From Candidatus Poribacteria bacterium (GTDB lineage Bacteria > Poribacteria > WGA-4E > WGA-3G), in NCBI GenBank assembly GCA_965198235.1, contig OZ240248.1, positions 2,272,001-2,336,000 on the forward strand: a stretch of 64,000 nucleotides of DNA, given 5' to 3'. Made by a program: the position numbers and the translations under genes. The number at the start of each line of letters is the position of its first letter. The first letter of the stretch is position 1. Shown piece by piece: positions 10,693-19,961 of this stretch. The notes beneath the pieces were generated by a model. The model made no database searches and had not been told where the DNA came from. It was given only the letters and a program-made list of their open reading frames with translations.

Positions 10693-11027
10693 TAGATTTT
10701 CTCCAATTTCTCCAGGATATATTCAAACCTGAGATATGAAGTATGATATTCCATGCCGGGGTAGGCAGGGAATTGTTGTGGGAACTGAATCACCCGCCAG
10801 CCGTCTTGCATCGCTTCCACAACCGAGTTATAGGGGGGTGCCTCGCTGTCCCCTGTGGTGTGGCGTTTTTGACCCGTACCGTCGTACATTGCCCAAGCAA
10901 CAACGCCACTGTTCAAGTCAGGCGTGTGCAAATGCAGCACGAGGAGTTGTTGTCTTAATTCAGACATATTTTCTAATTGTTCCTTGCGGAGTAATAGAGT
11001 GGGTTTCATGTTTAGCGTGCCTTCCAC
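10692..11027 (-). CDS. Small hypothetical protein coupled to the PhyH gene
   Basis: Stop overlaps the PhyH ATG (TAATG); PPY.SV.EAM.DGWRVIQFP looks like a real conserved motif. Confidence 0.7.
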   Translation of the reverse strand: MEGTLNMKPTLLLRKEQLENMSELRQQLLVLHLHTPDLNSGVVAWAMYDGTGQKRHTTGDSEAPPYNSVVEAMQDGWRVIQFPQQFPAYPGMEYHTSYLRFEYILEKLEKI

Positions 11028-11146
11028 TTGAATCGCCTGCGCCGTTGTTGCAGGCTTGCGGTTGTGTCCTACGCGAGAACCTGCGCGTAAGCGTAGCGGA
11101 GTGCAGGGCGAAAACTTAATAAATAAAAAACCTTATCTCTTGGAAT

Positions 11147-11932
11147 CTACCGAGCCGCTTGTGCTTTAATCTGGCTCCACGTCGTCACCAGTTTCCCGCC
11201 GGGCTGTACGTCTAATGCTACTGATATTCCATCTTCCATGAGTTCGTTGATTTCCTTCTCACTGAGGTCTCTTTCGTAGAGGACCACCTCGTCAATAACA
11301 CCTGTCATCCAATAGTTGCCGATGTTGCAACCACCAATAAAGAAAAGATTATCACTCGTGTCCGGTTTCGTCCCTGGCGACACTTGCGCGTCTACTTGCC
11401 CGTTGAGATAGAGCTTGAAGTCAGAGCCATCATACGTGCCTGCGACGTGATGCCAATCACCATCTGTGACAGCGGTTTTCGCATCAAACGATTTCCAGCC
11501 GGCGTTTGTTGTGAAGGAGTAATGGATGACCCCGGTGTTGATATTGCCGAAGAGTCCATAGTTCCTACCAGTGGGGTTACGGGTTTCCTTGGAAGCAATA
11601 ATCTGCCACGCGCCGGAAATCTTCGGGATATTTATCCATGCAGCGAGTGTAAAGTCCTCCAAATCAAGAGTGTCATCATCATCGACCGTTACCATATCTG
11701 ACCCGCCGAACTCCATAGCACCCCCAAATTTCCCTTTGACCCATTTCGGTTTTCCTTGCGAAATTTCGCCATCCAATCCGTTATCAGAAGCATCTGTGAC
11801 AGCTTGTCCTTTGCCCTCATCCAGTAACCATGCACCGACGAGTCCATCTGTGTCCAGTGCCATAGTGTGTAGTGCCATGAAATATATTAGCACCAAGAGA
11901 CTCAGCGTCAAAAGTGTTAGTACTCTGTACAT
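11147..11932 (-). CDS. Secreted LamG/concanavalin-like domain protein with Poribacteria-type C-terminal tail
   Basis: W.LDEG.G, WHHVAGTYDG, G.IDEV; tail DVQPGGKLVTTWSQIK. Confidence 0.88.
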   Translation of the reverse strand: MYRVLTLLTLSLLVLIYFMALHTMALDTDGLVGAWLLDEGKGQAVTDASDNGLDGEISQGKPKWVKGKFGGAMEFGGSDMVTVDDDDTLDLEDFTLAAWINIPKISGAWQIIASKETRNPTGRNYGLFGNINTGVIHYSFTTNAGWKSFDAKTAVTDGDWHHVAGTYDGSDFKLYLNGQVDAQVSPGTKPDTSDNLFFIGGCNIGNYWMTGVIDEVVLYERDLSEKEINELMEDGISVALDVQPGGKLVTTWSQIKAQAAR

Positions 11933-11976
11933 CAGAAATTCTCCTTGTTGAACGGTTCCAGTCGAGAGTATTCCAT

Positions 11977-13269
11977 TTAGACGACTGTCTCAGGGAGTAT
12001 CGTCGCATCTTTCGGCACAATCACAATACCATCCCGGATGTAGTAATCTTCACCATCAAGATTATCAACTCTGTCTCGGTTGACGAGTACAGAATTATCA
12101 CCGATACGCGCATTTTTGTCAATGATTGCATTCTGAATGAGGCAATTTTGCCCAATGCCGATATTCGGGATGCCTGCCTGTGCGTTTTCCATCCGTATTT
12201 CATCGGACTCGTAATAGTCTGCTCCCATCAGGACAGACTGGTAAATCCGACTGCGACTGGAGATGATACTCCGGATCCCGACAATTGTTCTATCGATTTC
12301 AGAATCATCGATGATAGAGCCTTCAGCGAGGATTGAGGATCGAACGCTACTGCTGTTGACTTTGGTGCTCGGTAGATGCCGCCGGTTGGTGTAGATCGGT
12401 GCCTGCTCATCGTAGAAATTGAACGCCGGTGCAGTGTCGGTGAGCGCAATATTCGCCGAATAGAAGGAACGAATGGTCCCTATATCCTCCCAATAGCCGT
12501 CGAAAAAGTAGGCAGAAACCGGACGCGTTTGAATGCTTTTCGGGATAATATCCTTGCCGAAGTCGATGTTTGAGTCATCTCGAAGTACCTCTTGCAAGAC
12601 CTCTCTGTTGAAGATGTAGATTCCCATTGAGGCGATGTATTCTCTACCGTGAGGTTCAATACCTCGAGATGTAAAGACTTCGGGTTCAACGCGGAGCCGA
12701 TGCAGTTCCTCTTCGGTTTGGGGCTTCTCGACGAAATTAACGATACGTCCGTTCGCGTCCGCCTGAAGAATACCAAGCCCGCTCGTGTCCTCTTTTTTCA
12801 CCGGAATCACAGACACAGTGATGGCGGCGTTAGATTCGGTATGAACTTTGAGCATCTTGCGATAATCCATCCGATAGAGATGATCACCAGCGAGAATCAG
12901 GACATATTCGTCTGCGAAACGTGGGTTAAGAATGTAAGGTTCATTGTGTTTGACCGCGTCCGCTGTTCCCTGATACCACTCTTCGCCCATCAGCGTTTGT
13001 TGTGCGGCGAGAATTTGGACGAACCCGCGGCGGTATGTATCAAAGCGGTATGTCTGCGCGATATGTCGATTCAGGGAGACAGAGTTAAACTGCGTCAGGA
13101 CATAGATGCGTTCCAATCCTGAATGGAAGCAATTGCTAATCGGTATGTCCACCAGTCGAAATTTGCCTGCGATCGGGACACTCGGTTTCGCCCGGTCGCG
13201 TGTCAGCGGAAATAGGCGTGCGCCGCGGCCGCCTCCAAGGATAACTGCAATAACGTTCCCGTTACTCAT
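11977..13269 (-). CDS. glgC: Glucose-1-phosphate adenylyltransferase
   Basis: GGG.G.RLFPLT..RAKP, WYQGTADAV, F.EKP, ASMGIY, YWEDIGT. Confidence 0.97.
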   Translation of the reverse strand: MSNGNVIAVILGGGRGARLFPLTRDRAKPSVPIAGKFRLVDIPISNCFHSGLERIYVLTQFNSVSLNRHIAQTYRFDTYRRGFVQILAAQQTLMGEEWYQGTADAVKHNEPYILNPRFADEYVLILAGDHLYRMDYRKMLKVHTESNAAITVSVIPVKKEDTSGLGILQADANGRIVNFVEKPQTEEELHRLRVEPEVFTSRGIEPHGREYIASMGIYIFNREVLQEVLRDDSNIDFGKDIIPKSIQTRPVSAYFFDGYWEDIGTIRSFYSANIALTDTAPAFNFYDEQAPIYTNRRHLPSTKVNSSSVRSSILAEGSIIDDSEIDRTIVGIRSIISSRSRIYQSVLMGADYYESDEIRMENAQAGIPNIGIGQNCLIQNAIIDKNARIGDNSVLVNRDRVDNLDGEDYYIRDGIVIVPKDATILPETVV

Positions 13270-13302
13270 AAACGTTCTCCTTTATCCGTGCTTGTGGGTT
13301 TA

Positions 13303-13548
13303 GTCAACGTAGGTTGGGTTGAGTTGCAAATGTCCAAAAGTTCGTTTGTTTATACGGAGAATCCCGATGTTCGAGACCCTCTTCGTGTGGATATATCTAA
13401 CGAAACCCAACAAGCCAACCCGTGTAGCGGTAAAAATGTGTTGGGTTTCACTCATACTTCTTGGATTTCAGTCTCTATAAAATCTTGAAAGTGCTTTTCT
13501 ATGTGTGATGTTTCGTCAACTACCGTTCAACCCAACCTACGCGTTGAC
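13303..13548. repeat. MITE/REP-like element with nested inverted repeats
   Basis: Outer CGTAGGTTGGGTTGA (13308-13322) / TCAACCCAACCTACG (13527-13541); inner GAAACCCAACA / TGTTGGGTTTC. Confidence 0.75.
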
Positions 13549-13590
13549 CGCTGACAGCCGAAGGCTGACAGCCCTTATAAAACGTCGAAA

Positions 13591-14196
13591 CTATAAACTT
13601 CCCTTGGTAGATAGGACACCTGTAATACGTTCATCAAGACGTGTGGCAGCATGCAAAGCTTTCGCGACTGCCTTAAAGATGGCTTCAATGATGTGGTGTT
13701 GGTTTGTGCCGTAAGGGACGTTGATATGCAAAGTTGTCCCGCTATGGTTCACAAACCCATGAAAAAATTCTTCAGTGAGTTCAATATCAAAATCGCCGAC
13801 TTTTCCGTGACTCAGTGGTGTCTCGAAGTAGAGGTAAGGCCGTCCGCAAACATCCAAATCTACTTTGGCGAGGGATTCGTACATTGGGACGGTGAAACTG
13901 CCGAAACGTTGCATTCCCGTTTTGTCCAGCACCGCTTTTTGGAGGGCTTGCCCTAAGCAGATACCGACGTCTTCGGTCGTATGGTGTGCATCCACGTGTA
14001 GATCGCCTTCCGCTTGGATTTCCAGATCGAAGAAGCCGTGTTTGGCAAAGAGTTCCAACATGTGATCCAGAAATCCAACGCCGGTGTTAATATCGGATGC
14101 TCCAGTTCCGTTAAGGTCAAGCCGGAGACGGATACGGGTTTCTGCTGTTTCGCGGGTAATTTCTGCTGTTCTGTCCATATTGGTCTTTTTACTCAA
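13591..14196 (-). CDS. hisB: Imidazoleglycerol-phosphate dehydratase
   Basis: FLDHML, DAHHTTED, NQHHIIEA and STKG motifs; start is either TTG 14196 or ATG 14178. Confidence 0.97.
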   Translation of the reverse strand: MSKKTNMDRTAEITRETAETRIRLRLDLNGTGASDINTGVGFLDHMLELFAKHGFFDLEIQAEGDLHVDAHHTTEDVGICLGQALQKAVLDKTGMQRFGSFTVPMYESLAKVDLDVCGRPYLYFETPLSHGKVGDFDIELTEEFFHGFVNHSGTTLHINVPYGTNQHHIIEAIFKAVAKALHAATRLDERITGVLSTKGSL

Positions 14197-14251
14197 AAGT
14201 TCCTTTAGGTCTAAAACCCCGAATCTCTATATCGGGGATGTGAGACCTGCT
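14197..14251 (-). mobile_element. IS200/IS605-type terminal hairpin downstream of the IsrB relic
   Basis: AGGTCT..CCCCGA-loop-TCGGGG..AGACCT palindrome at 14207-14248, similar in style to the IS end at 63325-63350. Confidence 0.65.
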
Positions 14252-14803
14252 TTAGCAGTATCTAAAGTTGAGTCTTCTCAAAACCCGATAGGTGTTCGGT
14301 TGCGCTGTGAGAACAACTTGTTTACTGCTGTTAATTTCACTGAGTGTTAGGTATCCTCTTTGGTGTCCTGTGACGCGTAGGATTCCTTTTTTCACATGCT
14401 TGACTAATGTATTCTTTGGAACACCCAGACACCGCGTTCCCCCATATCGCGGACGCTTCCCGCCTTTTTGTGGATTCTGCCTGTGGAGTTCTCGTCTGCG
14501 TATCGGTATGGGTGAAATGCAGAAGATTTCAGGAGTCTCGACAAGACTACTACCGCCAAGTGTGTAATATGATAGACACCAACTATCGACACAATGTGCT
14601 TCAAAGGTGTTGGCAAGTTTCTGCGATGACTTCTTCAGGCCAAGTCTGTCTCGGATTTCTTTGGTTTCCCACCCCTGAAGCGTCAGCAATTCCCATCGCT
14701 TCTGGATTTCACCATAGAACCATTGCTTTCCAACTTCAAGTGGACTAAATGACTGATTCCACTTCCTTGCACGTTCTATGGTTCTGGCTTTGATGTCCTC
14801 AAC
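14252..14803 (-). pseudogene. isrB: 5'-truncated IsrB (RRXRR/OMEGA family RuvC protein of IS200/IS605)
   Basis: VEDIKA (RuvC-II), FSPLEVGKQWFY, AHCVDSW (RuvC-III), RRELH...KGG.R..YGG; no HNH; PLMP, RuvC-I and the upstream omegaRNA are absent. Confidence 0.7.
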
Positions 14804-17412
14804 TATGCCCATGTGATAAGCCCGAGTTCATGCGGAGATTGCAAATCTTCATGGCAAGGTAAGACGCGGACGGTATAACCGTGTAATCCCGTCTGTTTCA
14901 AGGTGAGTGTGCCTTCAAAGAGATAGGTGCCGCCTCCGAGATCGGCTTGATACTCCATTGGATTGACACTTCCATTGTGAATTTCGCCCGCTTCGTCTAA
15001 CACGCCGTGGTAAATTTGGACGACGAGTTCGTGTGGAAACAGCACGTCGGTGTGGACAACCGCCTGCACCGTTGTAGATTCACCGACACCCAACTCAGGA
15101 TTTTGAATCACAGAAGCCGTCGCATCGGTGTGTCTCTCCTCAATCCGTAGATCGCCCCAATGATCTTGTATATGTGTTTTCCAGCGAGTTAAGGCGATGC
15201 TGCGCTTTCCACCTGCTTCATTGAGATGCTGCCAGCGGCGATGCGCCGGAAAGTACAACTGCTCAGCGTACTCTGCTACCATGCGCTTTGTATTGAAGAT
15301 AGGAGCCAAGTTCTGCATCGCAGTCTTCATCCGGGCAACCCATTCGTACGGCACATCGTCAACAGGGTTACGCTGGTAGAAGAGGGGCACAATCTCTTTT
15401 TCAAGAAGCTCATAAATAGCGTTGGCGTCTGCTTTGTCGGTAGACTTTGAGTCCCCAGGAGTAGCACCGGCATCGATTGTCCAGCCACCCCCCAAATGAT
15501 TTGCCTCTGCCCACCATCCATCCGCAATACTGAGATTAAGGACTCCGTTCGCTGCTGCTTTCATACCGCTTGTGCCGCTCGCTTCGTTAGGACGTAACGG
15601 GTTGTTGAGCCAAACGTCAACCCCTTCAACGAGATAGCGTCCGACACAGATGTCGTAGTTCTCAATGAAAACGATTTTATGATAAAATCGTGGTTCTGAT
15701 GCGATACGGGAGATGCGCTGAATGAGCAATTTCCCCTCATAGTCATGTGGATGTGCCTTGCCCGCAAAAATGAGTTGAACAGGACGTTCTGGATGGTTGA
15801 GAATCTTGTCGAGACGGTCGACATCTTGGAAGAGTAAGGTCGCACGCTTATAGGTTGCAAACCGGCGTGCGAACCCAATAGTTAATGCCGCTGAATTGAG
15901 AATTTTAGTTGCGACACTCTCGCTTTCCGGAGAGCGCTTGCTATGCGAAAAAGTTGGGGCACTGCCGAGAGCATGTTTCTGCTCTTGTCGCTGGCGCGCG
16001 AACGTAATAAGACGTTCGCGGCGTCGTTCGTGTGTTCTCCACAACTCAGGATCCGGAATCTGCGAGATCTGTGTCCAGACTGCTTGGTTTGTAAGTTCAA
16101 CGATCCAGCGAGGACCCAGATACCTGTCAAAGAGGCTCTGCATATCACCGGAGACCCAAGATCGGGTGTGGATCCCATTTGTTATCGCACCAATAGGGAC
16201 TTCATGCACGGGTGTTCCGTGCCAGAGATCCTTCCACATCTCACGGGAGACATGACCGTGTAATTGGCTCACGCCGTTGCACAACGCGGAGAGTCGGAGC
16301 GCGAGAAGCGCGGGACTGAATTCACTGTGTGTGTTGGTGGAATTTGTTCTGCCAAGACCGAGGAAAGTATCAGCAGAAACGCCGAGTTCCCTACAGTAAC
16401 CACTAAAGTAGTGATTAACCAACTCAGGCGGGAACCAGTCAATACCGGCAGGGACCGGTGTGTGCGTTGTGAAGATGTTTCCTGATTTCGTAGCTTCGCA
16501 GGCTTCTTCAAAACGGATTCCTGTCTCCAGCATGAGTTGTCGGATACGTTCAATTGTGAGGAACGCAGCGTGACCTTCATTCATGTGGCAGACAGTCGGT
16601 TGTATACCAAGTGCAGTCAAGGCACGGTATCCACCAATACCTAACAGGATTTCCTGTTTGATGCGAAGGCGTTCGTCACCGCCGTACAGGTAATCTGTTA
16701 TGTTCCGCAATTCCTCACTCTGATTTTCGGGGATATTCGTGTCAAGGAGATATAAAGGAACGCGTCCGACTTGTGCACACCAAACTTTAGCAAATGCTTT
16801 ACCCTCTGGATACGTGACTTCCACGAAAAGTGGGGTTCCATCGGCGCACTTTGCTGGCTGAATGGGCATATTATAGAAGTCATTTGTTGGGTAATCAGCC
16901 ATCTGCCAGCCATCTGCCGTGAGCGTCTGACGGAAATACCCGTGCTGATAGAGCAGTCCGACTGCGACAAAAGGCAACCCTAAGTAACTTGTAGACTTCA
17001 AATGGTCGCCCGCTAAGACCCCTAAACCGCCGGAGTAGAGCGGCATACACTCTGTCAATCCGTATTCCATTGAAAAATAGGCGATTTTTAGGGTGTTGAG
17101 CGTCCCGTCGTTATGATTCGTTTCAAACCATGACGCAGTCTTATGGTATTCTTTAAACTTTTTATGGATAACTTCAAGGCGGGCGAGGAATACGCTGTCT
17201 TTTGCAGCGGCATCTAACTGTTCTTGGGAGATTTGACCGAGCATCGCAACCGGATTGTGATATGTCTTTTCCCACAATTCGGTATCAAGGTGTCGAAATA
17301 AACCAAGGGCCTCACGATCCCAGGTCCACCACAGATTTAAGGCAAGTTCACGCAGAGGCTCAAGATTCGGCGGTAACGTCGGCACCACTGTTAACTGGCG
17401 AAGTGGCTTCAT
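14803..17412 (-). CDS. glgP: Alpha-glucan (glycogen) phosphorylase
   Basis: AYFSMEYG, YSGGLG.LAGD, GFARRFATYKR and EASGTSGMK (PLP lysine). Confidence 0.97.
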   Translation of the reverse strand: MKPLRQLTVVPTLPPNLEPLRELALNLWWTWDREALGLFRHLDTELWEKTYHNPVAMLGQISQEQLDAAAKDSVFLARLEVIHKKFKEYHKTASWFETNHNDGTLNTLKIAYFSMEYGLTECMPLYSGGLGVLAGDHLKSTSYLGLPFVAVGLLYQHGYFRQTLTADGWQMADYPTNDFYNMPIQPAKCADGTPLFVEVTYPEGKAFAKVWCAQVGRVPLYLLDTNIPENQSEELRNITDYLYGGDERLRIKQEILLGIGGYRALTALGIQPTVCHMNEGHAAFLTIERIRQLMLETGIRFEEACEATKSGNIFTTHTPVPAGIDWFPPELVNHYFSGYCRELGVSADTFLGLGRTNSTNTHSEFSPALLALRLSALCNGVSQLHGHVSREMWKDLWHGTPVHEVPIGAITNGIHTRSWVSGDMQSLFDRYLGPRWIVELTNQAVWTQISQIPDPELWRTHERRRERLITFARQRQEQKHALGSAPTFSHSKRSPESESVATKILNSAALTIGFARRFATYKRATLLFQDVDRLDKILNHPERPVQLIFAGKAHPHDYEGKLLIQRISRIASEPRFYHKIVFIENYDICVGRYLVEGVDVWLNNPLRPNEASGTSGMKAAANGVLNLSIADGWWAEANHLGGGWTIDAGATPGDSKSTDKADANAIYELLEKEIVPLFYQRNPVDDVPYEWVARMKTAMQNLAPIFNTKRMVAEYAEQLYFPAHRRWQHLNEAGGKRSIALTRWKTHIQDHWGDLRIEERHTDATASVIQNPELGVGESTTVQAVVHTDVLFPHELVVQIYHGVLDEAGEIHNGSVNPMEYQADLGGGTYLFEGTLTLKQTGLHGYTVRVLPCHEDLQSPHELGLITWA

Positions 17413-17436
17413 TTAATTCCGTACTCCTTCCGAAAT

Positions 17437-17661
17437 CTATACGACTTCTGCGTCTAATTGTTGTGTTTTTAAAGTGATGTAGGTGCCCTGTTTCCGTTTC
17501 TCGAAATCTAATTTTCCTTCGCGGGCAAGCCAACCGACACCCATTAAGATTGTACGTTCGTTTTCGCCAATTTCGCGTGTTAATTTTGTAATAGTGGTCT
17601 CATTGTTATTTTCAAGATAGTGCCATATAGCACCGGCTACACTCCCAATATTGTCTAACAT
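17437..17661 (-). CDS. Small winged helix-turn-helix protein (DUF2582-like)
   Basis: IG..AG.IW..L and MGVGWLAREGK motifs; ATG 17661 behind GGAGGT. Confidence 0.8.
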   Translation of the reverse strand: MLDNIGSVAGAIWHYLENNNETTITKLTREIGENERTILMGVGWLAREGKLDFEKRKQGTYITLKTQQLDAEVV

Positions 17662-17785
17662 TTCTACCTCCATAAAGGATATGAAACTTCAGAGATCTGT
17701 TGAACACACTTTAGCCAAAGCCTTGTGTAACTTGCTCCGGAATCTCTTAAGGAAACGTAGGGTTGTCGCACAAGTCTTCATATAT

Positions 17786-17814
17786 ATTATAGTTGCTTTT
17801 GGCGAGGTTGTCAA
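17786..17814 (-). promoter_or_regulatory. Consensus sigma70 promoter for wHTH-glgP
   Basis: TTGACA-17 bp-TATAAT on the minus strand. Confidence 0.8.
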
Positions 17815-17902
17815 GGACAAAGACTTGAGAACAGAGGCATTCACTTGTCAGCAGTCGGCGGTCAGTAGGAGGAGTTGCAAACCTCTCTGCTGAAAGTCAT
17901 AA

Positions 17903-18017
17903 TCGGGGTTACTTGAGGAAACACCCAAGCAAAAACACCCCTCCCACAAGGGGCAGCCGATCCGAAAGTCGGGGTTACTTGAGGAAACACCCAAGCAAAA
18001 ACACCCCCCCACAAGGG
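17903..18017 (+). repeat. Two ~50-bp direct repeats, 66-bp period
   Basis: TCGGGGTTACTTGAGGAAACACCCAAGCAAAAACACCCC..CCACAAGGG at 17903 and 17969; partial copy near 35760. Confidence 0.9.
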
Positions 18018-18199
18018 ACCCACGACAACTTGGATCACTTGATGCCAAAAACTTTACACGCCCCTCAATACACGGAATTTGACACCTGCTCTGGTGTTAT
18101 GCTATAATCTTCCGTGAAGAGGACGCTTTTATAATTTTTTCATTCTTTTCGGGCTTTGCTTGCAAGCCTGCATACAAAACGTTAAGCGAGGTAAAAGAT

Positions 18200-19948
18200 T
18201 TGAGTATTGTTGTTCATGTGACACACGAAGCCATCCAAAAAATGGGTGGCATTGGTGCAGTTTTAGAAGGGTTGCTGACAACCCACAGCTACAACGCAGC
18301 GATTGAGCGCACTTTTCTCGTCGGACCCCTCTTTTCTGGTGCCGACTTGGGAGAATTGGACACCGTGCTATATCGCGCGAGCGAAGGGATAACAGATACA
18401 CCCCATGCAAAAGCTCTCAGCGAGATTGAGCAGATCTATCATGTAGAAATCGTTTACGGACAGCGGAAGTTTGTGGATAAAAATAAGAACGTTACGACCC
18501 TCACGGACGTAATTTTGGTGAACGTATCAAGTAGCAACGAGGTTCAGACGAGTGAGTTTAAGTGGCATCTCTACGAGCATTTTGACATCGAATCAAGTCG
18601 GTACGAGAGTGAATGGGAATATGAAGAGTATGTCCGGCTTGCCGAACCCGCGTATGATGCCTTACAGGTTCTTATCGGTGAAAAGGCGAATACCCCGGTG
18701 TTCGTTATCTCGCACGAGTTTATGGGAATGCCGTTTGCGTTCAAAACACTGATTGAACGCAAGAACAACGAAGACGCTGCGAACATGCGGACTATCTTTT
18801 ATGCCCATGAAGTGGCAACGATACGTCCGATTGTTGAGGGACATCCCGGACATGATATACGCTTTTACAACGTATTGGAGCAGGCAAAAGCACAGGAACA
18901 ATCGATCCAGGATGTATTCGACGATCCGTTTTGGTATTTCAAACACGCGTTGATCGACAAAGCGTATCTCTGTGATACAATCTTCGCTGTTGGGGATCTC
19001 GTTGTGGATGAGCTGCGATTCTTGGCAAAGCCGTTTGAGGAATTCCCAATTAACCTCGTTTACAACGGCATCCCGGCGTTTGAGGTGAGCCTACAAGAAA
19101 AATTAACGTCGAAGGCACTGCTCCAAAAATACGCAAAGACACTTCTCGATTATCGTCCCGATTACGTCTTTACACATGTAACGCGGCTCGTCAAAAGTAA
19201 GGGATTGTGGCGCGATTTACAGGTGCTAATGCACTTGGATGACCTACTCGCCTCTAATGATAAAGCAGCCGTGTTGTTTATCCTCTCCACAGAAATTGTG
19301 ACAGGACGCCCCAACGAAAGCATCCATGAGATGGAGGAAACGTATGGCTGGCCCGTGTACCACAAAATCGGTTATCCCGACCTTGTTGGTGCGGAAATTG
19401 AACTGAACAACGGCGTTTCTGCCTTCAATCTACAGTCTAAGGCGATTAAGGTAGTTTTCGTCAATCAGTTCGGGTGGAGTCAAGCGGCTTGCGGGAAACG
19501 GATGCCGATAGAAATGGAATTTATGGACATCCGCAAGGGAAGTGATGCGGAATTTGGGCAGTCCATTTACGAACCGTTCGGGATTGCGCAGGTAGAGCCT
19601 CTGAGTTTCGGGGCGATCTGTGTAGTCAGCAATGTATGTGGGTGTTGCGGTTTCATTCAACGTGCTACTGATAATCGTGATGTTCCAAATATCGTTATTG
19701 CGGACTATACGCAACTGAATATTCCTCCGAAGTCGTTAGAAGATGTAATTCATATCGGGTTGGCGGAACGGAATGCGATTGAATTGGAGAATAGCAGAGA
19801 CATCGCGGCGAAACTCTTGGGACGCTTGCCTCGCAAACCTCGTGACGTAGAAGATATGCTTCGAGAAGGTTACGATATTGCTTCCCGCATGAGTTGGGAA
19901 GTCGTCGTTAAGGATTATTTTCTGCCTGGATTGGAAAAGGCACTTTAA
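18200..19948 (+). CDS. Glycogen synthase-like glycosyltransferase (GT3-like)
   Basis: HEAIQKMGGIG (compare WEV.NKVGGI), R...KG and SIYEPFG; lies within the glycogen cluster. Confidence 0.72.
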   Translation: MSIVVHVTHEAIQKMGGIGAVLEGLLTTHSYNAAIERTFLVGPLFSGADLGELDTVLYRASEGITDTPHAKALSEIEQIYHVEIVYGQRKFVDKNKNVTTLTDVILVNVSSSNEVQTSEFKWHLYEHFDIESSRYESEWEYEEYVRLAEPAYDALQVLIGEKANTPVFVISHEFMGMPFAFKTLIERKNNEDAANMRTIFYAHEVATIRPIVEGHPGHDIRFYNVLEQAKAQEQSIQDVFDDPFWYFKHALIDKAYLCDTIFAVGDLVVDELRFLAKPFEEFPINLVYNGIPAFEVSLQEKLTSKALLQKYAKTLLDYRPDYVFTHVTRLVKSKGLWRDLQVLMHLDDLLASNDKAAVLFILSTEIVTGRPNESIHEMEETYGWPVYHKIGYPDLVGAEIELNNGVSAFNLQSKAIKVVFVNQFGWSQAACGKRMPIEMEFMDIRKGSDAEFGQSIYEPFGIAQVEPLSFGAICVVSNVCGCCGFIQRATDNRDVPNIVIADYTQLNIPPKSLEDVIHIGLAERNAIELENSRDIAAKLLGRLPRKPRDVEDMLREGYDIASRMSWEVVVKDYFLPGLEKAL

Positions 19949-19961
19949 GGAGGAAAAGTCA

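Noticed and set aside
17903-18017. Possible mini-CRISPR array
   Set aside because: Only two units, repeat about 50 bp with a 16-bp spacer, and no cas genes in the window
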